Source: Schmidtea polychroa (lineage: Eukaryota). From it: a DNA stretch of 64,000 nt. The position numbers and the translations under genes were made by a program. The stretch covers positions 1,488,001-1,552,000 of the forward strand of contig CM097885.1 in NCBI GenBank assembly GCA_044892525.1, read 5' to 3'. Below are positions 11,584 through 24,277 of this stretch, piece after piece. How positions within the stretch are numbered: position 1 is the first letter of the stretch; each line of letters opens with the position of its first letter. Below the pieces are notes generated by a model that saw nothing but the letters and a program-made list of their open reading frames with translations, was not told the origin of the DNA and did no database searches.

Positions 11584-14500
11584 TCAGTAGAAAGAAGCGA
11601 AATGAAGACATGATGCAGAAAATATATGAGACGACAGACAGAAGAAAGTGGAGTAAGATTGTAATAAACATGACGGCGATTGACATGCTTTGGGACTCTG
11701 GAGCGTCAGTATCAGTTATGAGTGAAAAAAGTTGGACAAAGATTGGGAAACCGAGGTTGAAGCAGAGCACAATTTCTCTTTGTGGAGTATTTGCGACGGG
11801 AATGGAAAGACCGTTAGGAGCAATGACGATAGAAGCTGATTGGAATGGGAAAAAAAGAATTATTAATGTTATAGTTGTCAAAGATATACGCCCAGATTTC
11901 ATTGGGGGTGTAGATACAATGGAGAGATTTGGTATTCGACTGGTAGAGGTAGACAATATTGAAGCGTCACAAGTAGGGAGGACATATGTGGACTCACAAC
12001 GAGAAGAGAAAGCATTATTAATGCTTGAAGACAGGAAGAATGAACAGTTAGACATATTGCTACGGAAGTTCAAAGGTATTTTTATGGCTTCAACGTTTGA
12101 TCTCGGGTTTACGAAAGTTGTTCAACATGAAATGAATATAGTAGGTGGGCCTGTAATGTTACAGCCAAGAAGACAACCAATGCATTTAGAACAAAAGCTT
12201 GACGAACTTGTCACAAACTTATTAGAAGCAAAAGTGCATGGAACGCGCCACTAGTGATTGTGGCTAAGAAAGATGGATCAATAAGGATGTGTGTCGACTA
12301 TAGAGGGTTGAATGCGATCACTGAAAAGATATCTTTTCCAATGCCAGATACACGATTTCTACTGGATTGTCTGGCAGATTCAAAATATTTCACATCCATC
12401 GATCTAGGTCAAGCATATTATCAAGTTGGAATGGCGAAGGAAATTCAAGAGGTCACGGCTTTCAGTACAAGGCAAGGACAGTTTTGTTTTAACCGACTTC
12501 CTTTTGGACTAGCAACCGCCCCTGCGACGTTTCAAAGAATGATGCACTTAATGTTGGATGGAATATTATTTAAGGGTGTTGTTGTCTACCTCGACGACAT
12601 TCTTGTCTATGGAAAAGACAAATAGGAACACAATAACCGATTAGAGGAAGTATTCAGAAGAATTCAACTAGCGGGGTTGAGAATTAACCCAGAAAAATGT
12701 AATCTGTATAAAGAAGAATTGACATTCCTAGGGCACACTGTAAGTGCAAGTGGGATAAAAACGAACGACAAGAAGATTAAAGAGATTCAAGATGCAGAAA
12801 TACCAGTATGCGCCAAACAATTAAGATCCTTTTTAGGTATGACCAATTACTATAGGAAGTTTATAAAAGACTATGCGAAAATTGCGGAACCTCTACATGC
12901 AGCTACATCCGGCTGTGAGAAAAAGATTAATTGGTCAGAAGATTGCAACAATAGTTTTGAATTACTTAAAACAAAGTTGTGTGAAGCTCCAATTCTAGAT
13001 TACCCAAGAATGGATAGAAACTTTATTCTGGATACAGACGCTAGTTTTGGAGTCATCGGAGCAGTTTTATGTCAAGCTAAAGAAGATGGTACTGAAGTGG
13101 TAATTGCATATGGGTCGAGACACTTGACCGCGCATGAAAAAGGTTATTGTGTGACTAGGAAGGAGTTACTGGCTATACACGAATATGTAATGTATTTTAA
13201 ACAATATCTATACGGAAAGTCATTTGTAGTACGAACGGATCACAAGGCGTTGGTTTTCATGAGATACACAAAAAAACCGATAAGCCCGCAATTTCAAACC
13301 TGGCTAGCCAACTTTTCCGGATATGATTTCGATCTTCAATATAGGAAAGGAGAGGAACATGGAAATGCGGACGGAATATCAAGGATTAAAGGGATGTTAT
13401 GTGCACAATGCCAGACTAGACATGAAGACGCAAAAGAAGAAAAAGCCAGAGTAAGACATATCAGCTCATTACAGAAGACTGAGTCGATGACAAAACTCTT
13501 AGAAAAGCAACAAGATGATGTAGATTTCATTCACATGACAAGAGTGTTACAGGGTGAAGAGGAAAAAAATGACTTGAATAAAAAGAAATTTCCTTTCAAT
13601 TTGCATAACAACATAAAATTAGAAGATGGGTTTTTATTATTAGAGAAGAATGGTAAAGATGTCATCCTGGTGCCGATAGACTACTCAAATACGTTAGTTA
13701 AAGGAATACATACTGAAATGTGTCACATTGGAGTAAAGAAATTAAGTAGCTATATGAGCAACATATTTTTTTGGCCAAACATGCAAGAAACTATACAAAA
13801 CTGTTTGAGAGTATGTGAGATATGCTGCAGAAGGAAAATAGTACAGGAGAAGACAAAGGAACGATTGTTGCCGATAATAAGTTCAGAATTTTTAGAGCAG
13901 TTGGTCATTGATATAGCACACATGAAGAATGGTGGAGTGTACAAGTATATGCTAGTTATCATTGATCGTTTTAGCAAAATGGTCAGTCTGACCGCACTGG
14001 AGAGACAAGACGAGAGATCGATTTTCAAAGCCATATTGGAGAAGTGGATATACCGTTTCGGAAAACCGCGAAATTGTCTGTCAGACAGAGGGAAGAACTT
14101 CGATAGTGATTTTATGAAAATAAATCTAGGAAGACTGGGTATTACGCAACAGTTCAGTTCACCATATCAGAGACTTGCTGGCAACATCATTAGCAGGTGG
14201 ACTAGGAGAGCGAAATTGGGCGGAGTTACTTCCTCGAGTAGAATTTTGTATCAACGTGACACAACAGAGCGCGACGGGATTTTCTCCATTTGAAATTGTT
14301 TTTGGGAGGAAGATTAACCTTCATTCAACATTGCCTCAGACGACATTGGATACAGTTGAGATACATAGATTGGTAAGAGAGAACAGTGAGAAAGCAGCTA
14401 AACGAATGAAAGAGATGGAAACAGAGAAGAGAACGAATCGATGATTCACGGTGGGGAGAAAGTATTAGTTCGGAAGGAACCACAAAATCGCAACAAAGAT

Positions 14501-14626
14501 GGACTACAGTATGAAGGTCCTTTTGTCATATCAAAGTTTTTGCCAGAGCACCAGGTGGAATTGAGTGACGGGACGACAAAGAAACTCAGACGAATTGAAT
14601 GGCTTAAGAGATGGGCAGTTCCTTAA
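11529..14626 (+). pseudogene. pol (protease, RT, RNase H, integrase) in the -1 frame, with several lesions
   Basis: LWDSGAS; YLDDIL; DTDAS..TDHKAL; HTEMCH..C..C; DIAHM..DRG. Breaks at ~12240, 12623 (TAG) and ~14170. Confidence 0.9.
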
Positions 14627-14636
14627 AGAAGGGGAG

Positions 14637-14750
14637 AGTTATAGAAAGTTGTTTGTTTTAATAATATTGTTTTTAGCGTTTTTTGGAAAATATATTTTAA
14701 CTGCATTTATTATTGATCTTATGAATTTAGAAGTTGAAGACATCATAACT
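14637..14750 (+). repeat. 3' LTR (114 bp)
   Basis: Direct repeat of 10251-10365. Confidence 0.95.
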
Positions 14751-15629
14751 TAAAGAAAATCCTAATTCTTATAATAATTTTAAAAACACCCTTTATGAAA
14801 TTAATAAAAGTAATGCAATTTTTATTAAAAAACACGTTTTAAAAAATAAAAACGTGAAAACATATTTCGAAAAAAAGCATGATAATTGGTTTTTTAATGA
14901 TTTTATAAATAAATCTAAAAAATCTAGAAATAAAAAACGCAAAAAATTAAAGAAAAAACAAATTCGAAGTAATTTGTTTAAATATTCTAGCAATTTTTTA
15001 TAGATATTCATAAAATTCTAAAGAACAATTTAAAACTTACTAACCTTTATATCATCAAAGACTTTTTTCTAATCTTAAGACATAAAGAAAGATCCCTTAG
15101 AAAATCCTTACTTGCTCCTTGTACGAATAGGTACCACCATAATAAATATGCCAATAGTAATCTCCACACTATCGCCTATAAACCAACACCAACGACTTAT
15201 GATGCAAAAACACCTTTAACTGTTCTAGATACTTCCGATCATCAACAAAACAAATTTGGTGAACCTGATCAACTTAACGAAGACTATCCAAATTCCATAT
15301 CGAATATCAACGAATTCGAAAATACTGCGAATCCGAAGAAAACCAATTTAAATGAACTTATGAACTCTATCATCTCAACCTATCCAGACCTCTCAGAGCC
15401 CCTAACTACTGAACATCTGAACCAAATATCCAGACTTATTAATTCAATTCATATAGAGAAAGCGAGGAAGCCCGCATAATAATGATGGTAGAGTGCTTGC
15501 AGCATAATTTAGCGGTTTTCCATTTTAATTTGACGGTTTTTTATTTGAATTTTATTTTAAAAAAATATAAATTTATTGCTCGTGAATCAATTTTATTATT
15601 AAATTTATATAAATTTAAAAACTTAAAGT

Positions 15630-16150
15630 CATGGTGAGAAACAAACAACTGGAAACATGCATGCGAGAATCCATTCTGAAAAAATTCCAAGGAGGTAAAG
15701 GTCCAAAAGAAATAGTCACAGTGTCTTCGGTGACTGGGAGAGTGGAAGCGAAAAAAAAAGATTGACGCGTAGAAAGAAAATGACTTTAATATGCAAAGAA
15801 TCTTGTAACTCCTGCAATTAATGATGATTAAGCGTGCCTTTGAAGAAACTAAAATGTAAATTAAATTACGAGTTGGGCATATCCGTGTGTTTGTCTACGA
15901 TAAGCAAGTCATTAAACGAATTGAACTTTTCCATTAAAAGAATTTCATTTGTGCCCAAATCCCGAAATACAAATGAAAATAAAAACAGTAGAGAGTTATA
16001 ATGTTCTGAGTATGTTCTCCATGATGAAGAAAAAATAATTTTTGTGGATGAGTTTGGTGTAAGTTGTAGTACACGTGTGAAATAAAGGGAGAAGTATTGT
16101 TGGATACCAGGCGCGAAAACCTGTGTGAACAATAAGGAGTAACAATCTTT
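15630..16150 (+). pseudogene. IS630/Tc1-mariner-like transposase remnant
   Basis: MVRNKQLETCMRESILKKFQGGKGPKEI (HTH-like start) and EKIIFVDEFGVSCSTR (first Asp of the DDE triad), with stops and deletions. Confidence 0.5.
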
Positions 16151-16616
16151 CGGTATTTTAGTATAAATACCAAGCTAAAATTCAGTTTGTACCCAAAATT
16201 TCAGCGTTAAAGCAATTTTAAAGGTAAACCCTTAGAAATAGTTAAAACCCAAAACAAAACAGAACTGTTTCACATATTTTCGAAAAACGCAGTAATTCTC
16301 ACATACGCAAGCGTTATATAGCCTATTAACAAAACTTTATTAGCGGATTTCAAGAAGTTTCTAGCTGTGTATTTGATATTGTAAAGCCTAAGTAAATTGA
16401 TTGTAAAAGGTAAAACTTTGATATTTAATAAAATATTTTTATTGCGACTTATTTTCATTTATTTGCATAAGAACCAGTAAAGTCGAGACTCTCTAATATT
16501 CAGACCTCGACATCTACATACGCACACACACACAGAAAGAATAGCAAATACACACACACACACACACAGAATAATGAACGAAAATTAATTAAGATTTTTC
16601 TATTTCTAAATATACA

Positions 16617-19600
16617 TTATTCCAAGGTAAATTTGTTTTTGTGACGTAAGGATTTTCTCTTGATATTCGATTCTAGCCGCCTCACTGATGGAACAATATT
16701 TGCAATTTCCGGCTCAATATTATTCTCCTCCTGTTCTTTTTGTCGCATCAATTCACCCATTTTTTTTGCCAGTTGAGTCCGCTCATTGCGGGTCGCATAT
16801 CTTACTGCCAATTCCATCACCTGCGAATCCGGCATCAACTTACCGATATCAAAAGCCCTGCCATCGAGACCTTCGCAAAGAGCATTCTAATTATGGAGAA
16901 AATTTAAATTTAATAGCTATGGATGATGCTGGAGAATATGGCTAATGAAACCGTTCAAACTATTTACCAGTTATTCGTTCATAAATTGCGTTTATATTTA
17001 TCAAATTAAAATCCTCTCCCATGTCTACTTGACCTAATAAATTGTCGAATAAGTCCTTACGTACGAAAGCTGAGGATTCAGCTCTATATAAAGGATGCAA
17101 AATATAAATAAAATGGTCATAATGATGTAGAAATAATGATATATCCATGATGAGGTAGCAATGACGAGGTAGCAATGATGAGGTAGCAATGATGAGGTAG
17201 CAATGATGAGGTAGCAATGATGAGGTAGCAATGATGAGGTAGCAATGATGAGGTAGCAATGATGAGGTAGCAATGATGAGGTAGTCATGATGAGGTAGAA
17301 ACCTGCTGTACTAATATCAATTCCATCATTTCCGTTACAGATGATATTGATTAGTGATCAAAGAGTTCTGATTATTGCAATATTATCAAAACTATGCAGA
17401 AAATGTCCTACCTATCTTCAAAATAAGCTTCGAGAATTCAGGATTGCAATGGAAAATTCAAAATGGGAAAATTCAAAATTTCAAAAGGGTAAAGTAAAGG
17501 GGTATCAAAATGACAATTGTTACAAAACGAATCCGAAACTGCTGGACCTGGAGTCGTGGGAGAATGGTAAAGAGAATCAACAATTGGACCTACAATTCTA
17601 TGAACAGTAAAGGGATCAAGGTAAACAACGTAAGCAATGAACAAAATATTTATTTTAGTTATTCAGATAAATGAACACATTTTGTGCATGAAGATTCCTT
17701 ATAATTCATTTAATAATAAACTCACTTTTTTATTGTTTCAGATGATGCGGCTAACAGTAAGCCATCCGCTTGCTTATGGTAATATATAAACTTATCATTT
17801 GGATTATTCCTAAGCAGTGATGTAATACAGAATTCATCAAGCAATTATGTAGACATAGTAATAATGGGTTGCAAGGGTTACGTAATCCAGTCTAAAGGTC
17901 AGGGCAGAATCATATCAAATTACAAATTTGAAATTTGATATGATATAGTTCTGACCTTTAGACTAGATTATGTAACCCCTGTAACCCATTATTATTAGGT
18001 CTACATAATTGCTTGATGAATCCTGTATTACATCAGCGAATGGCCATGAGAATTATTATAAAATATTAATAATTATCATAATAATAATAAAAATATAATG
18101 ATTATTAACATATGACAAATAGCGATGTTATAAGATATTAAAGAAATAAAAAAACTTACCGCAAACAATTTCAATAGCATATGCCTCTCTGTGAGCTGCA
18201 TTGAGCTGAAACTGTCGGTGTCGGTCCAATCAGCGAGCAATTGGTCGACAATAAATCCGTTCTGAATTGTGATTTATGAGTTCCAATGACTGTCAATTAT
18301 ATATCATATTATAATTACCTCGAGTTTGGTGAGCTCGGATTTCGGGGCGCCACAGAGCGGTATCCGGAAATCAATAGAAGAGAACGATTGCCAAGAAAAG
18401 ACAGTTGGATAGCGGGAATCCCGACAGTGGACAGCAAGCACGCAACACTTTCCAGCACGGTCCGAAACACCAACAGGAAAATATCGATCGATATAACGAG
18501 TATCCTTGGGCAACGCCGTTCTCAGATTGAGCACTGGCATCCATCGTGGCTGGGAACGTATTTTGCCAGTTTCGGTAATTTCTAAATGAAGCCTTCGCAT
18601 CAACTGTTTCGAATCGACTGTGAACAAGGCGCCTGAATCAGAAAATCTGAATCGGGTGGAGTTTAATAGATAACCGTAACAATTAATAAATTTACCCAAT
18701 CCATTTTAATGTCAATACGGGCATTGGATGCCATGCTGTCGTGGCAACAATCGCTTTCCAGTTTCCTTTTTCTACCAATTTTGTTGGTTGGTCTGTTGCC
18801 TTGAATATATCAATTCGCCAGACAAGGTTGTTGCCTTCATCAGTGACCATGACAACTCGAATGAGATTATCCCTTGGTCCCGGTGGGCTTATCAAATAGC
18901 TTGATGAAGATGCGATTGCTACTGGACTCCCATGAATTGATTCAATATAAGCTTCCATGCCACTGCCATTGGCCATAAAATAGCGCATATATTTATCAGT
19001 CATAACAATTGCGTACATTTGGCCAACAAGGCAGCATCCTAGCACTTTTTCTCGATTATCAGAAGGTAACATAACATTCCATTCCTTCCAGGAGCTTTTA
19101 CCGAGCGGTCGCACATGTACCAGTGCAGGTTCTAGTACCTCTTCATCCTCCTCGTCGTCTTCACAGCTGCTATTTTCACCAAATTGTTTGGAAATCAGCA
19201 ATAGTGCGTGCCGATTCACATCACCCAATTCATATCTTTTTACAGAGTGCCGATATATTAAACGACTATTTACCTCCCGGTCTTGAAGGTTCACCTCCAA
19301 GAAATCTCCGTAATCGTTTCCTTTGTCAAATTGATTGCGGAGAGCTCCAATTGGATTCCAGATCAATATTTGTTGGGATGCTCTTCTCGGACACCAAGTT
19401 GATTTTATTGGCTGATGCGACCGTGTCCCTCTAATCATTTGCGTTGCTGATGATGTGATTCGCTGCTGATAATTGACTTGATCCTGATATTGGGCTTTGA
19501 GATCCGATAAATTTATCTCTATATTATCATCAATATCGCATGGAAATCTTTGAACCATTTGGGTATTCGACATTCTGAATAAATATTTTATTACATAAAA

Positions 19601-19699
19601 TAATTTGTCAAATATATAAACAAAACTCTCATTTAAAAATTACCTAACAAGATTTGTAATTGACATATTTAATTTATTTAGGTTGTCAAAAATTGACAT
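16617..19699 (-). CDS. WDHD1/AND-1/Ctf4 paralog lacking the N-terminal WD40 domain (SepB/helical region only)
   Basis: Exons 19699-19644, 19574-18696, 18646-18319, 18261-18160 and 16886-16617 join in frame with GT-AG introns (~544 aa). It aligns with the C-terminal half of the gene at 52785-57888 (RFPCDID, WCPRR, YELGDVNRHALL, LKWIGFSDSG, LLKLFA|NA, MPDS.VM) with introns in the same positions. Confidence 0.8.
17147..17298. repeat. 14-bp minisatellite (ATGATGAGGTAGCA), 11 units, intronic
   Basis: Direct inspection. Confidence 0.95.
17818..18035. mobile_element. 218-bp imperfect palindrome (MITE/foldback-like), intronic
   Basis: TGATGTAATACAGAATTCATCAAGCAATTATGTAGAC...GTCTACATAATTGCTTGATGAATCCTGTATTACATCA; the arms pair almost to the centre. 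Confidence 0.7.
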
Positions 19700-19924
19700 A
19701 TTTCGAGGGAAACAGGAATGGGCGGATGGTAATTACTGAGACAAATACGAATATAGGATGATATAAAATAAATGGGAGTCTCGTGAAACGGTTTATAAAG
19801 AATACAATTAATTAAGAAAAATAAATAAATTTAATTGGAATTTAGAAACCTCTAGCTGTCAGCCTTTACAAATAAATTCAATATAATAAATAAAATTAAT
19901 TTAATTTAATAAAACCAGAATAGT

Positions 19925-22190
19925 TATTACGTAACGCAAAGAAACGAGATTTCATAACCCCCTCCCCCTTATAACAGATTGTCACAAATTGCCAACTCCC
20001 TATTGCGTAACAATAATTTAATTAATAATTTCAGTTCAAGTTTAAGCACCAAATAAAAATAAATGAAACAAAAATAAAAGAAAGTCCAACGCATTATTTG
20101 CTTTATATTCATGTCAACTAGGCGCAAACATTTTATTCATTTCCCCAAATTTGTTGTAAATGTTCTTCGACAGTAAATGTATATCCAAATTCAGCATTAG
20201 AGTCCGCAGTTATGGGTTCTTCATGAATATCCAAATCCTCAGTTTCTATCCAATCAAGGTCGTCTTGGAGTTGCACTAAAACTTTTCTTTCTCACGTCTT
20301 ATTATAACCTTTCTTGGTTTACTCTAAGTATTAACTATAGCTTATGTATATCTTGTCGATGATACTTCATCATATCAATTGATGCACAATTGTAACCACA
20401 ATCGCTACGTACTCCTTCCTTTATAATGTCTGTAACACATGGACAGTATTTCTCATAAGAGGTTTTCGTTAATCCAGCAATAGAAAGGCTTTGAAAAGTG
20501 TTTTAAAACATGTAGCTGTATCTTCTTTATGGTCTGCAATCTTCTATTTAGGATCATATTTCATGGAAACTGGTGCCGGAAGATACTGATTCGGGAAGAA
20601 ATCTAAGAAATAACTACGTGGTGGAGAGCAGCAAGATTCATTTGAACATTTAACTATCTGTAGAAAGCATTGTGATGATCTGATGTGATTCATTTTCTAA
20701 GCTTCATCCACTTCACGATAATCTTGAAAATTCTCATCGTCTCTTTCCGGTTTCAGATATTCTGTGATAATTGGATAACCATCTATAATGCTGTCACTGA
20801 GGATTCTTTTCTAAGGTTTCTCCAGTATATTCAAAATTTGCTTTTAAGGTTCCTAATCAACTGTCGTTCCATTGCCATCCAAATGAGTACCGAAATTCTC
20901 ATGAGGTAAAATAACTCTCTTTAGCTGTCGACTTAAAGGTGCCACTCTTTGTTCTTCTGGGTTAAATGGATCTCTTCCTGGTGCATTTGTAGCGAGGATA
21001 AAAGCATCTAAGTCGTATTGTTGAACATGATTAATGAGTGATTTGATTGTTTTGTATATCTAGGATATTCCTCGGGCCCTCTATCAACAAGTATGATAAA
21101 TAATCGTTTAATTTCTCCAGATTGAGTCTTTGTGATTGTATCAAATTCGCCAATCTCCATGAATTTTGAAACGTCTCCAGCATGTTTTTGCTGTTGAGGA
21201 TGAATGTTTACCAGAGCGAATTAAAATCTATGTTAGTCAAGAGTACGAAACTGCATCCTTTGATCCAATCCAGCATAAACTGAAGGAAGAAGTGCCTGAG
21301 CCTTTGCTGCTGTTATTCCAATTGCTACACGACATTTATCATCTACACTTATTATAGCTTCCTCATAATGTTCAAGAAACAATGCCAGCTTATTCAAATT
21401 ACTAATAGTTTCTGCAGCAAATTTAGCATCCTTATGGTCTTTATGAAGAGTATTCTATGCTCTTATTAATTTTACAGGTGCTGTGCTGATGTGTCTTTTA
21501 CCATCCAATGCCCTTACGCTTGCAGGATGCAAATGGTAGTATACTGTAGATCGTGATAACTTATAGCCCATATTCTCAACCTCTCGATGCAATTAATGCA
21601 ATGTTCAGACGCTTATCTATATTTCGTTTCTACGTCTTCGTGCGCTGGACTTTCATGCGTAGCAATATTAATTATGGTATCAGTTATTGATGGTCTTCCA
21701 GGTCTGTTATTCAATTTAATCTTTGATTCTAAATCAGAATTTTCAGCGGCAATCGGTTGTAGAATCGCCTTTGTTTCTTCACTAAATTTCTTTTGCCGTT
21801 GTTGACCAGCCTTTAATTTCTCCATTTCATTTTCAACTTCTATATTTCGTTTCTTTTTTCTTTTTGTCTCTCTTTTCTGTTCATCTGGCCACAAATCCTC
21901 TGATTCTCGTATTGAATAACTAGCTAATTCCGAATTCAAAATGCTCATTTCCTTACTCCGTTCTTCCTGTTTTGGAGCTTTATTTGTACCCACACTACAG
22001 GTTGCAATGGATTATCTGAATTAGCTGATTCGGGATTAGAGGATCAATTATCAAATGCCGCTTCCTCTTTACTATTTAGTGAGAGAGGCGCTGTTTTTCT
22101 ACTTGCAGATGTAGAAGTTTTTGGAAAAATGAAATAATTGATTCCTGGCTTCTAGCATTTCTCTTCAAACCAATAATGTTTGATGTATAT
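19925..22190 (-). mobile_element. Zator-like (TP36/ISAzo13-related) DNA transposon remnant
   Basis: Broken minus-strand frames give GRPSI..IAT, YKLSRST..GKRH..APVKLIRA, IISVDDKCRVAIG, LPSVY, RSGKHSSSTA, VDRGPEEYPRY, TNAPGRDPFN..APLS and VKCSNESCC. A subterminal motif TTACGTAACGC..CCCCCTCCCCC lies at ~19925-20010. Confidence 0.65.
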
Positions 22191-22227
22191 AACTCCATAA
22201 AGCAGTAGTATGTAATAAGGACTCAAA

Positions 22228-23066
22228 CCCACTTTCAAGGTCATGAAATGTCAAGATCAAATATAGACCAATTGAATAATTTAATTTTTATTTATTTTTT
22301 TTTGTTAAATTAAAATTTTATTAATTTACTTCTATTTATTATTATTATTATTTTTTTATTTTTTTTTAAATTTTATTAATTAAATATTTTATAATGTTTT
22401 TATATTTATTACTTACTTTAGTTAATTTTTATTTTAAAACATTTAATTAATTAATTAGTTTATTAATANNNNNNNNNNNNNNNNNNNNNNNNNNNNNNNN
22501 NNNNNNNNNNNNNNNNNNNNNNNNNNNNNNNNNNNNNNNNNNNNNNNNNNNNNNNNNNNNNNNNNNNNNNNNNNNNNNNNNNNNNNNNNNNNNNNNNNNN
22601 NNNNNNTTTATTTTAATTACTTACGTTATTTAATTATTATTATTTTTTTCATTTTACATTTACATTTAATATATTCTAACAAGAGCATAAATTATAACAT
22701 TAATATTTCAATTTGAATAAATTTTTAATTAGTAATTATTCAATTTGAATAAAATTTAAATTAGAAATTATTTAATTTATTATAAAATAATTTTAAATAA
22801 ACCGGATATTAATTTTTTCGGAAAATATAAATAACTAAAATAAACACGAAAATAATAAATTTTTTTTACTTGAAACAAATTATCTAAATTAATTGGGCAA
22901 ATGAATTATTAAATGATAAAACACATTTTAATTAACTTTGTCAAATTATTCACAATATATATATATTTTATTATTCATATAAATTACACATTTAAAGTGC
23001 TTGTTTCGATTTGCATTCATAAAAAAAATATCAAATTTTATTTCATTCAAATCCGCATGCCGGTTA
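22228..23066 (+). repeat. AT-rich dispersed element, copy 1 (spans an N-gap)
   Basis: Starts CCCACTTTCAAGGTCATGAAATGTCAAGATC. Homologous to 35228-35636 + 38808-38900, to the reverse complement at 43466-44068, and to a fragment at 40977-41068. The copy ending at 44068 is flanked by TTAA (piggyBac-like end). Confidence 0.75.
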
Positions 23067-23099
23067 AGGCTGAAAGGGAGAGGTTCTCACCCTTAGAGT

Positions 23100-23500
23100 T
23101 CTAACGTTTTTAATTAATATTCTGTGAACGATGAGCCGAGGCTCAATCGTTAGTACGGAGTAATCTTCATTCAGGTTTTCGTAGGCAATACAATTTCTGG
23201 TAGGCATCTTCAGACATAGAATTTGATGATCATGGCAAGCCATGGCCCTACCGAAGCGCCGGACACTCATTCATTGATTATTGAATATTGCTTGTTGAGT
23301 TTGTAATTGTGGCTTCTAGGTGATAACTAAAGGTAAAATTCATTGGAGTAGGAAGACTCCGTAAATTGGATATAACGCTGATAACGGTTACCATACTTAT
23401 TATAATAGGTATATGGTGAAATAGGATAAGGGAAAGATATAATATAGATATGAACACTAAAAGGCAACCATCAATGGGCAGGATCCATATAAGGGTCTTT
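23100..23500 (-). pseudogene. REL non-LTR C-terminal fragment (zinc knuckle region)
   Basis: Fragments AH*WL, LRSLPTPMN, NECPALR..HDH and IEPRL occur in the order expected before the REL endonuclease. Confidence 0.45.
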
Positions 23501-23699
23501 ACATTTACCCATTGATAATTGTGAAAGACGAAAAGATGAGCCTTGAATGTCACATTCTTTTCTTCTATTATGGTAGCAGAGCGTGGTTCCGTCTACCCAG
23601 CCGGAACAAGGTAATTGATGATTGTCAAATATATTTTTTGTATTTATGTATTATGATAAAAAATGTAATGGCAACTAATATTTTTAAAATTGAAATTGA

Positions 23700-23943
23700 A
23701 ACAAGTGAAGGGATTTATGATTACGGGTTTGGAAAGTTATCAGCTATTCAAGCTAGAGCTACAAATCAAATTGTTAAAAGTCGTGATGTAATTGCTCAAG
23801 CAGAATCCAGTACTGGTACAACTTCATTAATCGCGATATTCTCATTGCAATTAACTGATAGCGATCCTTGTGAAACTCAAATGTTAACACCTTTGACGAC
23901 TAGAGAATTGGCACAACGAATACGAAAGACATTACGTGATTAG
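23700..23943 (+). pseudogene. eIF4A-family DEAD-box helicase N-terminal fragment
   Basis: GIYDYGFGKLSAIQARA..KSRDVIAQAESSTGTT..ETQ..TRELAQ matches eIF4A/eIF4AIII GIYAYGFEKPSAIQQRA..GRDVIAQ.QSGTGKT..PTRELA. Walker A is degenerate and the fragment is truncated. Confidence 0.8.
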
Positions 23944-24049
23944 TTTGTGAATTATTTTATGAAATATAAAATGTATGTTATATTTTTTGAAACATTTCCC
24001 CTAGGGCCTGCCCTCCCTAAACTTATTAAAAAATAAATTAAATAAATTT

Positions 24050-24277
24050 GCGCAATTATTTGTAAGGACGTTGACAGGGAAGATTATCACGATTGAAGTT
24101 GAATCAAGCGATACTATTGAAAATGTGAAAGCGAAGATTCATGAAAAAGAAGGGATAGCCCCAGGTCAACAAAAACTTAATTTTGCTGGTAAAACATTAA
24201 AAGATGGCTTTACTTTATCAGATTATAATGTTAAGAAAGAATCTACGTTACATCTGGTCTTGGGTCTTGCAGGGGAA
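24050..24277 (+). pseudogene. Diverged ubiquitin unit (76 codons once one G is restored)
   Basis: [75 protein letters not shown]. Confidence 0.9.

Larger units (their letters stand above)
10251..14750 (+). mobile_element. Ty3/gypsy LTR retrotransposon, 4500 bp, decayed
   Basis: LTRs at 10251-10365 and 14637-14750 (AGTT...AACT); 5-bp TSD TAAAG (10246-10250 and 14751-14755); PBS-like TGGCGACCA after the 5' LTR; polypurine tract AAAGAAGGGGAG before the 3' LTR; gag-PR-RT-RH-IN order. Confidence 0.95.

Noticed and set aside
17341-17800. Plus-strand gene nested in the AND-1 paralog intron
   Set aside because: Short AG/GT-bounded segments give no recognisable protein and no consistent frame.
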